Source: Thermoanaerobaculia bacterium (GTDB lineage Bacteria > Acidobacteriota > Thermoanaerobaculia > Multivoradales > UBA5704). From it: DNA of 64,000 bases. Each line of letters opens with the position of its first letter. Within the stretch, counting starts at the first letter, position 1. The stretch lies in NCBI GenBank assembly GCA_044226625.1, contig JBGAGQ010000013.1:32001-96000 (forward strand), written 5' to 3'. This document shows positions 47,900 through 56,473 of the stretch, piece after piece. Position numbers and translations under genes: made by a program. The notes under the pieces were generated by a model. The model saw nothing but the letters and a program-made list of their open reading frames with translations. It did not search any database and was not told where the DNA came from.

Positions 47900-50344
47900 T
47901 CAGAGCATCTCGAGGTTCGCGAATTTCGCGACCAGTTTGCGCTTGCCCGCCTTGTCGAAGAAGACGGTGATCTTCGCGTCTTCTCCCTGCCCGTCCATCT
48001 CGAGCACCACGCCTTGACCGAGCGTCGGATGGCGGACGCGGCTGCCGCGTTTGACCGGCCGGCGCGGCATGACGTCCGGGTCGGGCTCGAGAGTCCTCTC
48101 CCGAAATCCTGGAGGAGCCGCGGGCGGCTTTGAGGTGCCGGAGGGCCGGGACGGCGCGTAAGGCGGCGAGCTCGCGGGGCGTCCCGAATAGCTCGAGCGA
48201 GAGGACTCTCCCGGACGCGCTCCTGCGGGGCTCCCGCCGTGTCCTCCGGAACGTGCGTCCGAGGGGTAGCGCGATTCGGGCACGGCCGGGGCGATCGGTC
48301 CGGCGGTTCCCCCCGTGTTCCCTTGGCCGAAGAAGGAGTAGATGCCCGCGCTCGCCTGGGAAAACTGCGGCGAGAAGCGCTCGCTGCCGAACAGCTCCGG
48401 GCTCCGGGTGACGATCAGGAGCTCCTCCGGGAGCTCGCCCAAGAACGCCGATTCGAGCTGATCCTGGTAACGCCCCGCGATCCGCCGCCGCCGGCAGCTG
48501 GTCAGGTAGAGCCGCTCGCGCGCCCGGGTCATTCCGACGTAGAGCAGCCGGCGTTCCTCTTCGAGGTTCTCGCGCGCGCCTTGCGAGTTGAAGTGGGGGA
48601 GCAGCCCGTCTTCGAGCCCCGCGACCACGACGGCTCGGAATTCGAGCCCCTTGGCGCTGTGGAGCGTCATCAGGGACACGCCTTTTTCCCCCTCCCAGCT
48701 GTCCAGGTCGGCGACCAGCGAGACGTGGTCCAGGAACGCGGTGAGGAGATCCTCGTCGGAGGCCGCGTTGTAGCCGTTCGCCTCGGTGAACTCCTGCGCC
48801 GCTGACAGGAACTCCTGGATGTTTTCCAGGCGCGCCTTGTCCTCGTCGTCCCCCCGCCCGTAGAGGTCGAGATAGCCGGTCGCCGCGAGCAGCCGGTCGA
48901 GCAGCGCGGGCAGCGGCAGCTCGGCGGCCGCCTTCTGCAAGCCGCGGATCAGGTCGCGGAACTTGGCGACCGCGGTGGCGCTCCGCGCCGGCAGGTGCCC
49001 GAGGTCGTCGAGCGCGATCACGTCCCAGAGCGGCTGAGAGAGCTCGGCCGCGCGTTGCTCGAGCATCCCCTGCGTCGACTTGCCGAGACCGCGAGGCGGC
49101 TGGTTGAAGATCCGCCCGAGCGACAAGCTGTCGTGCGGGTTGCGCAGGACCTTCAAGTAGGCGACCAGGTCTTTGATCTCGGCGCGCTCGTAGAAGCGGG
49201 TACCGCCGACCAGGGTGTAGGGGATCGCCCGCTTGAGCAGCTCTTCCTCGATGGAACGGGTCTGGGCGTTCGTCCGCACCAGGACCGCGAGATCCTGCCA
49301 GCGCATCTGATCGCGCAGCTTCTGGAGCTTGCCGACCGTCCAGCGCGCTTCGTCCGACTCGTCGGCCGCCTTGTAGAGCTCGACTTTCGTTCCGGGCCCG
49401 GCCTCGGTCCAAAGCCGCTTGCCGCGCCGGTGGACGTTGTGGGCGACCAAGGCGCCGGAGATGTCGAGGATCGTCTGCGTCGAGCGGTAGTTCCGCTCCA
49501 GCTTGCGGATCGCCGCCCCCGGAAACGACCGCTCGAAATCGAGGATGTTGTCGATGTCCGCGCCGCGCCAGCGATAGATCCCCTGGTCCTCGTCGCCCAC
49601 GGCGGTGAGGTTGCCGTCCTCGGCGATCAGCTCCTGGATCAATCGCAACTGAGCGTGGTTGGTGTCCTGATACTCGTCGACCAGCAGATACCTCGTGCGC
49701 GCCCGGATCCGCTGGCGGAGCTCCTCCTCCCGAGACAGAAGCCGGACCGAGAGCGCGAGCATGTCGTCGAAATCGATTCCCCCCGCCTGTTGGAGCAACC
49801 CCTGGTAGCGCCGGTAGAGCTGGGCCACCTTGCGTTGGAAGAAATTGTCGACGGTCTTCTCGTAGGCCGCTGGGTCGAGCAGACGGTTCTTCGCCGAGCT
49901 GATCTCGGCGAGCACCGCGCGGGGCGCGAACGCCTTTTCCGAAAGCCCTTCGAGCGTGAGCGCCTGTTTGATCACGTTCTGCTGATCCTGAGTGTCCAGG
50001 ATCGAAAAGTCGCGTCGCAGGCTCAGTCGCTCGCCATAGCGCCGGAGGAGGACGAGCGCGTAGCGGTGGAACGTCCCCACGAAGGTCGGGATGGGATGCA
50101 TGCCGAGCAGGTCTTCCACCCGCTCCTTCATCTCCCCGGCGGCTTTGTTGGTGAAGGTCATCGCGACGATTTGCGAGGGATCGACCCCCATCTCGTCGGC
50201 GAGCCAGGCGATCCGGTAAGTGATCACCCGGGTCTTTCCCGAGCCGGCGCCCGCCAGGACCAGCTGCGGGCCTTCGCCGTGGGTGACCGCGGCGATCTGC
50301 TCCGGGTTCAGCTGTCGTTCGAGGTCGAGCGGGCGTCCGCGCAT
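47900..50344 (-). CDS. uvrD: UvrD/PcrA superfamily 1 DNA helicase
   Basis: LAGAGSGKT, TFTNKAA, DEYQD, VGDEDQ, NYRS, TLHSAKGLEF, EERRLLYVGMTRA, C-terminal Tudor-like domain. Confidence 0.95.
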   Translation of the reverse strand: MRGRPLDLERQLNPEQIAAVTHGEGPQLVLAGAGSGKTRVITYRIAWLADEMGVDPSQIVAMTFTNKAAGEMKERVEDLLGMHPIPTFVGTFHRYALVLLRRYGERLSLRRDFSILDTQDQQNVIKQALTLEGLSEKAFAPRAVLAEISSAKNRLLDPAAYEKTVDNFFQRKVAQLYRRYQGLLQQAGGIDFDDMLALSVRLLSREEELRQRIRARTRYLLVDEYQDTNHAQLRLIQELIAEDGNLTAVGDEDQGIYRWRGADIDNILDFERSFPGAAIRKLERNYRSTQTILDISGALVAHNVHRRGKRLWTEAGPGTKVELYKAADESDEARWTVGKLQKLRDQMRWQDLAVLVRTNAQTRSIEEELLKRAIPYTLVGGTRFYERAEIKDLVAYLKVLRNPHDSLSLGRIFNQPPRGLGKSTQGMLEQRAAELSQPLWDVIALDDLGHLPARSATAVAKFRDLIRGLQKAAAELPLPALLDRLLAATGYLDLYGRGDDEDKARLENIQEFLSAAQEFTEANGYNAASDEDLLTAFLDHVSLVADLDSWEGEKGVSLMTLHSAKGLEFRAVVVAGLEDGLLPHFNSQGARENLEEERRLLYVGMTRARERLYLTSCRRRRIAGRYQDQLESAFLGELPEELLIVTRSPELFGSERFSPQFSQASAGIYSFFGQGNTGGTAGPIAPAVPESRYPSDARSGGHGGSPAGARPGESSRSSYSGRPASSPPYAPSRPSGTSKPPAAPPGFRERTLEPDPDVMPRRPVKRGSRVRHPTLGQGVVLEMDGQGEDAKITVFFDKAGKRKLVAKFANLEML

Positions 50345-50402
50345 GAGGCCGGCAAGTCTCTCGGATGGGGGCGCGGAAGGCAAGGACTTGGGCGATGAGA
50401 CG

Positions 50403-50434
50403 AAAAAGGGCCGGAGCGGAAGACCGCTCCGGCC
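50403..50434 (-). terminator. Intrinsic terminator
   Basis: Minus strand GGCCGGAGCGG-TCTT-CCGCTCCGGCC-CTTTTT. Confidence 0.8.
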
Positions 50435-50528
50435 AGATCGATCCAACTTGCGCCCGCCCCTCCGAGAAAGGCCGTGATGACCGCCTGGGCAACCGCTTGG
50501 ATCGAACCCTTCAGGCGAACGTACAGCC

Positions 50529-52328
50529 CTACTTCCGACCGCCTTTTTTCTGGTAACCGAACCCCATATGCGGCGTGGCGTTCAGGGTCAACGTGAGCGT
50601 CGCGGAATCTCCACCGGTGGTCGAGACCTTGCCGTAGAGCGGACCGCCGGGGGCGAAATTGTCGGCCGCGATGCGCACCTCATATCCGCCGAGCTCGTCG
50701 ACCCCGAAGCAGACCAGGCCGTTCAAATCGGTGCCCCGCGCTGCGGCTGTGCAGGCGGTCCAGTCCGGGCTCGTCCGGTCACCGGTTCGGGTCGTGGCGA
50801 GAACCGCGCCGTCGCTCGGGCGGACGAGCTCGACTCGCACTCCGGCGATTCCGGAATCGGCCGGGTCCAGCCGGCCGACCTTGCCGCCGTCGGACCAGAC
50901 GGTGCCGGTCACCACCTCGGCCGAGAGGTCGGGGCAGGCCGGTGCGGTCGGCACGTCGTCGAGATCCTCACCCGGAAGCGGCTCGCGGGTCGGACGGGTG
51001 GCGCAGATCGCGCCGTCCCACAGGACCGGGTTGCCGATGTCCAGGCCCACGATCTTCACCTTCCAGGTTCCGGCCGGCAACGTCGCCTCGCCGTACACGT
51101 GGTCCGCCATCGAAGCGACCGGCGAGGCCGAGCTGGCGATCAGGAACTGCTCCCACTCGTTCGAGCCGGAGGGATTGTCGTCGAAGTAGGTGTTTCCGAG
51201 CGGGTCGGTGACCTCGTAGCGCACGCAACCCACGCCGTTCGGATCGCCGATCTCGCCACGGCGGAGCTCGTCCATCGGGTTGTCGTCCGGCGGCGATCCG
51301 GGTCCCTGCGCGCCTTCGGCGGTTGCCTCATGGGTCACGAACGGGACGCCGTCGTAATCCGCCGCGGTGTCCGGGTCGTCGTCGTCCGTGCATGCGTCCA
51401 GCGAGATTCCCGAGGGATTCGCGACGAGCCCGTCCGTTCCGAAATCGAAGTCGCCGTCGAACGACCGAACCTCGGTCGCGCCCTCCGCCACCTCGAACGA
51501 CATCTCGAACGTGCCGTCGTAGCTCACCGGGACCGGCGCCGAGGACGAGACGAGAGATTTCTTTCCGCCCCGATGGACCAGGGCTTCGTCGTCCACCGTC
51601 TGGCAGATTTCCCCCACCAGGCTGAAATGGTCGAGCCGCATCGTCGCCGGGGACGACACCGCAAGCTTGAAGTTGCTCTCCATCGCCTCGCCCGGATAGC
51701 AGTCGCCGTCGCTTTCGACGACCAGGTTGTAGAAGTAGTTCCCGCTCGGCGCTTCCGCCTCGACGGAAGGGGTGATCTCGAGCGACCACCAGTCGTTGTC
51801 GGCCATCCAGGCCGAGGAGGCGGTCCAGGTCGAGCCCGTGGTGGGGTTCTCGGAGTTGCTGAACCATTCGCCGAGCAGGTTGGCGGGATCCATGCTGCCC
51901 TGCCGGAGCGGATCGGCGTAGAGGGAGAATTTGATCGGATGGTTTCCGGCGTCCCAGTGCCGCTTGCTGAACACGTCGAAGTTTCCCGTATCGCCGTCGA
52001 ACACGTTCAGCGTGAACGTCGTGGTACGTGCCGGAACGCCGAGCGTGATGCGCGGCCGCTGATCGATCGCCTCCGTGCTCGGACAGCCCAAGGTGAGGAA
52101 CCGCGCGTCCGTCGTGCTCTGCGAGGGGAACGACGCGAACGGGGCGGTACCTTGTTGCGCCGTGAGGGGAGCGGCGGCGATCAGGCCGACGATGCCGAGG
52201 ACCATGAGCGGCGACCTTCGGACTCGGACGGCCCGACGATCTTTGCTGCTCGGGTACGCGCGCTCCTCGGTAGTGCACGACACGCGAGCGAACCAATTGA
52301 AAACCGAAGAATTCCCGAGCTCTTTCAT
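50529..52328 (-). CDS. Acidic exported protein with C-terminal SdrD B-like domain
   Basis: GAGGAG RBS; hydrophobic signal-like stretch LMVLGIVGLIAAAPLTA; Asp-rich loops; TGTVWSD...GIAGVRVEL...GFGY. Confidence 0.75.
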   Translation of the reverse strand: MKELGNSSVFNWFARVSCTTEERAYPSSKDRRAVRVRRSPLMVLGIVGLIAAAPLTAQQGTAPFASFPSQSTTDARFLTLGCPSTEAIDQRPRITLGVPARTTTFTLNVFDGDTGNFDVFSKRHWDAGNHPIKFSLYADPLRQGSMDPANLLGEWFSNSENPTTGSTWTASSAWMADNDWWSLEITPSVEAEAPSGNYFYNLVVESDGDCYPGEAMESNFKLAVSSPATMRLDHFSLVGEICQTVDDEALVHRGGKKSLVSSSAPVPVSYDGTFEMSFEVAEGATEVRSFDGDFDFGTDGLVANPSGISLDACTDDDDPDTAADYDGVPFVTHEATAEGAQGPGSPPDDNPMDELRRGEIGDPNGVGCVRYEVTDPLGNTYFDDNPSGSNEWEQFLIASSASPVASMADHVYGEATLPAGTWKVKIVGLDIGNPVLWDGAICATRPTREPLPGEDLDDVPTAPACPDLSAEVVTGTVWSDGGKVGRLDPADSGIAGVRVELVRPSDGAVLATTRTGDRTSPDWTACTAAARGTDLNGLVCFGVDELGGYEVRIAADNFAPGGPLYGKVSTTGGDSATLTLTLNATPHMGFGYQKKGGRK

Positions 52329-52395
52329 GACCATCTCCTCGAAGCAATTCACGATGGCAAGGTTTTTTGCGATCGCTTGCTGAACCCCGGACATC

Positions 52396-52410
52396 GCAAG
52401 CGGGATGCCA
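52396..52410 (-). promoter_or_regulatory. Sigma-54 -24/-12 promoter
   Basis: TGGCAT-CCCGC-TTGC on the minus strand. Confidence 0.8.
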
Positions 52411-52484
52411 CGGGGCACAAGGTCGAGAAAAGGGGGATTCCCCCGGGAAATGCACCGCGATAGGGCGTAACATCGCGTTCGGTC

Positions 52485-52530
52485 GTACGGAAATCGGACC
52501 TCCGGTCTGGAGACCGGACAGATTCCGGAC
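52485..52530. promoter_or_regulatory. Putative enhancer (UAS) palindromes
   Basis: GTACGGAAATCGGAC (52485) and GTCTGGAGACCGGAC (52505), 20 bp apart, plus a further CCGGAC half-site. Confidence 0.6.
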
Positions 52531-52663
52531 GCCGGCGGGTTTCTGCTATCCAGAATCGACGATAGTGCTATCCTGATGGATGTCGTCAGCCGAATGACAA
52601 TGCAGGGCGGGCCCTCGAAGGACCCTGCAGACGTCTCGCCCAAAAGAGGCGGATGGAGTTCGA

Positions 52664-54037
52664 ATGTCCCTTCCCAAGATCCTCATCGTCGACGATGAAC
52701 CGGCGGTCCGCGTCGGCACGCGGATCTACCTCGAGGAGCATGGCTACCAGGCGCTCGAGGCTTCCACGATCGTCCAGGCTCGGATGCTGTTTCAGCGCGA
52801 GCGCCCGGATGCCGTGATCCTCGACTACTCGCTGCCCGACGGCACGACGCTCGGCATCCTGGACGAGATGCATTCGATCGATCCCCACCTGCCCATCGTC
52901 ATTCTGACCGGGCATGGGACGATTGACCTGGCAGTTCGGGCGATCAAGGACGGCGCGGAAAACTTCTTGACCAAGCCGGTCGAGCTGCCCGTGCTTCGAG
53001 TCATTTTGGAGAGAGCGCTCGAGAATCAACGGGCGCGCAGACGCCAAGTGGCTCAGACGGCGAACCGGCGCCGTAGCGGCTTTGATCCGTTCGTCGGAAC
53101 GAGCAGCGCGATCCACCACTTCTCAGCCGAGGCGCAGTTCGCCCTCCGGTCCGACGGGCCGATCTTGATCCTCGGCGAGACTGGAAGCGGCAAAGGGGTA
53201 CTGGCTCGCTGGTTTCACGAGGAGGGCGCTCGGCGTGACGAGTCGTTCGTCGACCTAAATTGCGCGGGTTTTTCCCGCGAGTTCCTCGAAAGCGAGCTGT
53301 TCGGCCACACCCGCGGCGCGTTTACTGGCGCGATTTCGGAAAAGAAGGGCCTTTTCGAGGTGGCGCACAAGGGGACGCTCTTCCTCGACGAAGTCGGCGA
53401 CTTCGATCTCGCCCTGCAGCCGAAGGTTTTGAAGGTGCTCGAGGAGAAACGCTTTCGGAAGATGGGCGAGGTCACCGACCGCGTCGCGGACGTGTTCCTG
53501 ATCGCGGCGACCAACCACGACCTCCCGGTGCTCGTGCGGGAAGGTCGCTTCCGCAGCGACCTCTTCTTCCGCATCAGCACCTTCCCGATCACCGTGCCGC
53601 CTTTGCGCGAGCGGGCCGAGGACATCCCGATGCTCGCCGACCAGCTGCTCAAGCAGCTACGCAGCGATCTGAGCCGTCCCTCTCTTCGCCTCACCCCCGC
53701 GGCCGTCGCCGCGCTCCGTGCCTACCGCTGGCCGGGCAACGTGAGAGAGCTGCGCAACGTTCTCGAACGCGCAGCGCTGCGCGCCGCCGACGGCGAGATC
53801 CAACCGAGCGATCTGAGCTTCGCCAACCTGCAGATGGATCCCACGACGGCGTCTCCCGCAGCGCGGGAGGGCGGAACTCTCGCCGAGATCGAGCGGCGCG
53901 AGATCGAGCGCGCCCTCACCGAAGAGCAGGGGCGGGTCTCGGCCGCGGCGAAGCGTCTAGGACTCGCTCGAAGCACGCTCTACGACAAGCTCCGCGAACA
54001 CGCGATCGATCTCGCGAAGTTCCAGAAGAAGCTTTGA
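52664..54037 (+). CDS. Sigma-54-dependent response regulator (NtrC family)
   Basis: Receiver domain; GETGSGKG, ESELFGH, GAFTGA, LFLDE, WPGNVREL; Fis-type HTH. Confidence 0.97.
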   Translation: MSLPKILIVDDEPAVRVGTRIYLEEHGYQALEASTIVQARMLFQRERPDAVILDYSLPDGTTLGILDEMHSIDPHLPIVILTGHGTIDLAVRAIKDGAENFLTKPVELPVLRVILERALENQRARRRQVAQTANRRRSGFDPFVGTSSAIHHFSAEAQFALRSDGPILILGETGSGKGVLARWFHEEGARRDESFVDLNCAGFSREFLESELFGHTRGAFTGAISEKKGLFEVAHKGTLFLDEVGDFDLALQPKVLKVLEEKRFRKMGEVTDRVADVFLIAATNHDLPVLVREGRFRSDLFFRISTFPITVPPLRERAEDIPMLADQLLKQLRSDLSRPSLRLTPAAVAALRAYRWPGNVRELRNVLERAALRAADGEIQPSDLSFANLQMDPTTASPAAREGGTLAEIERREIERALTEEQGRVSAAAKRLGLARSTLYDKLREHAIDLAKFQKKL

Positions 54038-54048
54038 GGCGCCGCGAG

Positions 54049-55137
54049 TCAGGAAGAGATCAGCCGGTTTTGCCCCCGCACCTCGACGATCTCCGGCATC
54101 CGCGCCAAGAAGACGTCGAGCAAGTCGGGATCGAACTGGGTGCCACGCCCCTCCTCCATGATCCGCGCGGCTTCGCCGTCCGAGAGCGCCGGCCGGTACG
54201 GGCGATCGGAGGTGAGCGCGTCGAATACGTCGACGAGGGCGCAGAGGCGTCCGCCGAGGGGGATGCCCCTTCCGGCCAGACCGCGCGGATAGCCTGTGCC
54301 GTCCCAGCGCTCGTGATGGCTGAGAGCAATCACCTCGCCGGCTTGGAGTAGCTCGGACGACGAATCGGAGAGGATCTGGGCGCCGATCACCGTATGGCGG
54401 TTCATGATCTCGCGTTCCGCCGGCGTCAAGGGGCCCTCCTTGAGCAGGATCGCGTCCGGGATGCCGAGCTTTCCCACGTCGTGCATGGGGATGGCATGGC
54501 GTAGGACGTCGATCTCGCGATCGGGAAGGTCTAGGGCACGCGCGAGGATCACGGCGTATTGGCTGAGCCTTTGGATGTGCTCGCCCGTGTAGCGATCTTT
54601 GTATTCCGCGGCGACCACCAGGCGACGGATCGTGTCGAGATGGGCGGCGTGCGTGTTGCGTTGTGCCTCGGCGGCCTCGGCGAGCGCCCGGCTGAGCGCC
54701 TCCGTCCTCAGGGCGACCTGACGCTCGAGATTGGCGCGCGCCGCCTTGAGCTCGTCGGAGGTCGCCTTGAGTCGAAGTTGAGACGCGAGTCTCACGGTGA
54801 GCTCGACCGCGTCGATCGGCTTGGCGATGAAATCGTTGACTCCCGTGGCGACGGCGCGAAGCCGATCCTCCCGGCTGTCGAGCGCGGTCACCAGGATGAC
54901 GGGCAGCTCGAAGGGATCGACTCGCTCCCGAATGCGCCGGGTGACTTCGAAACCGTCGATGCCAGGCATCAAGACATCGAGGAGGATCAGGTCGACGTCG
55001 AACGCCACCTCCAGCGCCTCGTTGCCGTCGCACGCCGTGGCGGTCGAGTAACCGAGCGACTGAACGATTTCCTCCATCAGCCGGCGATTTTGCTCGCTGT
55101 CGTCGACGATCAGGATCTTGGATTCGGGATCCGGCAC
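54049..55137 (-). CDS. Response regulator with HD-GYP cyclic-dinucleotide phosphodiesterase (RpfG-like)
   Basis: Receiver domain; TGEH, MHDVGK, HHERWDGTGYP, DVFDAL, RPYR, GTQFDP. Confidence 0.95.
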   Translation of the reverse strand: MPDPESKILIVDDSEQNRRLMEEIVQSLGYSTATACDGNEALEVAFDVDLILLDVLMPGIDGFEVTRRIRERVDPFELPVILVTALDSREDRLRAVATGVNDFIAKPIDAVELTVRLASQLRLKATSDELKAARANLERQVALRTEALSRALAEAAEAQRNTHAAHLDTIRRLVVAAEYKDRYTGEHIQRLSQYAVILARALDLPDREIDVLRHAIPMHDVGKLGIPDAILLKEGPLTPAEREIMNRHTVIGAQILSDSSSELLQAGEVIALSHHERWDGTGYPRGLAGRGIPLGGRLCALVDVFDALTSDRPYRPALSDGEAARIMEEGRGTQFDPDLLDVFLARMPEIVEVRGQNRLISS

Positions 55138-55211
55138 CGCTCGACTCTAATGCCTAACGTACGTGACCACGACGATCTCGACGCAAATTCGAGGTTGCGG
55201 TGGGCTCGCTT

Positions 55212-55247
55212 GTCCGAGGCTCGGACAAAGTCGTCCAGGTTTCGGAC
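55212..55247. promoter_or_regulatory. Putative enhancer (UAS) palindromes
   Basis: GTCCGAGGCTCGGAC (55212, perfect arms) and GTCCAGGTTTCGGAC (55233), 21 bp apart. Confidence 0.7.
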
Positions 55248-55301
55248 AACGCATCGTGCCGAAGCCGTATGTTTTTCTCCGAAGACGCCGAGGAGCCGTC
55301 G

Positions 55302-55316
55302 CGGCATGCTTCTTGC
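55302..55316 (+). promoter_or_regulatory. Sigma-54 -24/-12 promoter
   Basis: CGGCAT-GCTTC-TTGC, 42 bp upstream of ATG 55359. Confidence 0.7.
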
Positions 55317-55358
55317 CTTCGACGAAGTCTTTGTTCCTCTGCCGCAAGAGGGCCGATC

Positions 55359-56462
55359 ATGAACTTCGACTTGCCGACGTCGACCTCGACGGAGCTCGGG
55401 CGTGAAAGGGTTTTGATCGCGCTCGGCTCCGGCTTGGCGCATGAGATCAACAACCTCCTTTCGGCCATCATCATGTTGGTCGACCTATGGTCCGGCAGGA
55501 ATTCCTCCGATCGAGACCGCGAGCTGTTGGGAATGGTGGGCGAATCGGCTCGCAAGGGGGTCGCCCTCGTTCGCCAGCTGCACGGGCTGGCGCGCGCGAC
55601 CGGGGGCGTATCGACGCCTTTCCAAGCGCGCCACCTGCTGGTGGACGTAGCGCGTTTCGCCGAGGCGGCGTTCGCTCCCCCGATCAGCGTCGAAGTGGAT
55701 TTCTCCCCGGACCTCCGGCTGCTCGAGGCCGATCCGATCCCGGTCTACATTGCGTTGCTCGAGCTCTGTCAGATCTCACGCCGGCGCCTGCCGGCCGGAG
55801 GCGTGGTGGCCCTCGCCGTCCGCAACGTCGAGGTCGACGGGTTGGCGGCGGCCATGCGGTCCGGTCTCCTGCAAGGCGCCTATCTCGCGATCGAGCTGAC
55901 GGTCGCCGCCGGCTCGGCGAAGGTCTCGGAGGAGGAACGGGCAACGGTCGCCGCATTGGGAGACTTCGCCGAGATCATCGCCGGTGAAGAATTGGACGAG
56001 ACCCTCCGCGTCTACTTTCGCGCCGATCGCGAACCGGTCGGGTCGATCGAGCCGGCTCGTTCCGCGATCGCGCGGGTAGGGCACGGCGAGTTGATTCTGA
56101 TCGCCGAGCCGTCCGCGATCGTCGGGGACGCGATGGCCCGAGCTCTCGAGGGGCACTCCTATGAAACGCTGATCGCTCGCGACGGCGCCGAGGCCCTCGC
56201 CCTGTTCGCCCGGCATTCCCCCACGGTCGCCCTCGTGATCGTCGGGTCCGGACTGCGCTTCCTCGACGGTCCGGATTGGGTCCTCGCCGCGCGGCATCTC
56301 AAGGAGAACGTGCCGGCGCTGCTCCTTCACGGCGAGGAGGCTTTGCCCGGGGCGGCCGAGCTCGCGCCGAAGGCGCGACTCCTCAAGAAACCCTTTTCGC
56401 TCGCCGACCTGCTCACCGCCGTTTCCGCGAGTCTCGCCTCGGCGAAAACGTTCGGTTCCTAG
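55359..56462 (+). CDS. Degenerate hybrid histidine kinase (intact H-box, eroded ATPase, pseudo-receiver)
   Basis: GLAHEINNLL; no N/G1/F/G2 boxes; receiver-like tail LIAEPS...LVIVGSG...KKPFS. Confidence 0.75.
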   Translation: MNFDLPTSTSTELGRERVLIALGSGLAHEINNLLSAIIMLVDLWSGRNSSDRDRELLGMVGESARKGVALVRQLHGLARATGGVSTPFQARHLLVDVARFAEAAFAPPISVEVDFSPDLRLLEADPIPVYIALLELCQISRRRLPAGGVVALAVRNVEVDGLAAAMRSGLLQGAYLAIELTVAAGSAKVSEEERATVAALGDFAEIIAGEELDETLRVYFRADREPVGSIEPARSAIARVGHGELILIAEPSAIVGDAMARALEGHSYETLIARDGAEALALFARHSPTVALVIVGSGLRFLDGPDWVLAARHLKENVPALLLHGEEALPGAAELAPKARLLKKPFSLADLLTAVSASLASAKTFGS

Positions 56463-56473
56463 GAGTGCGCGCA

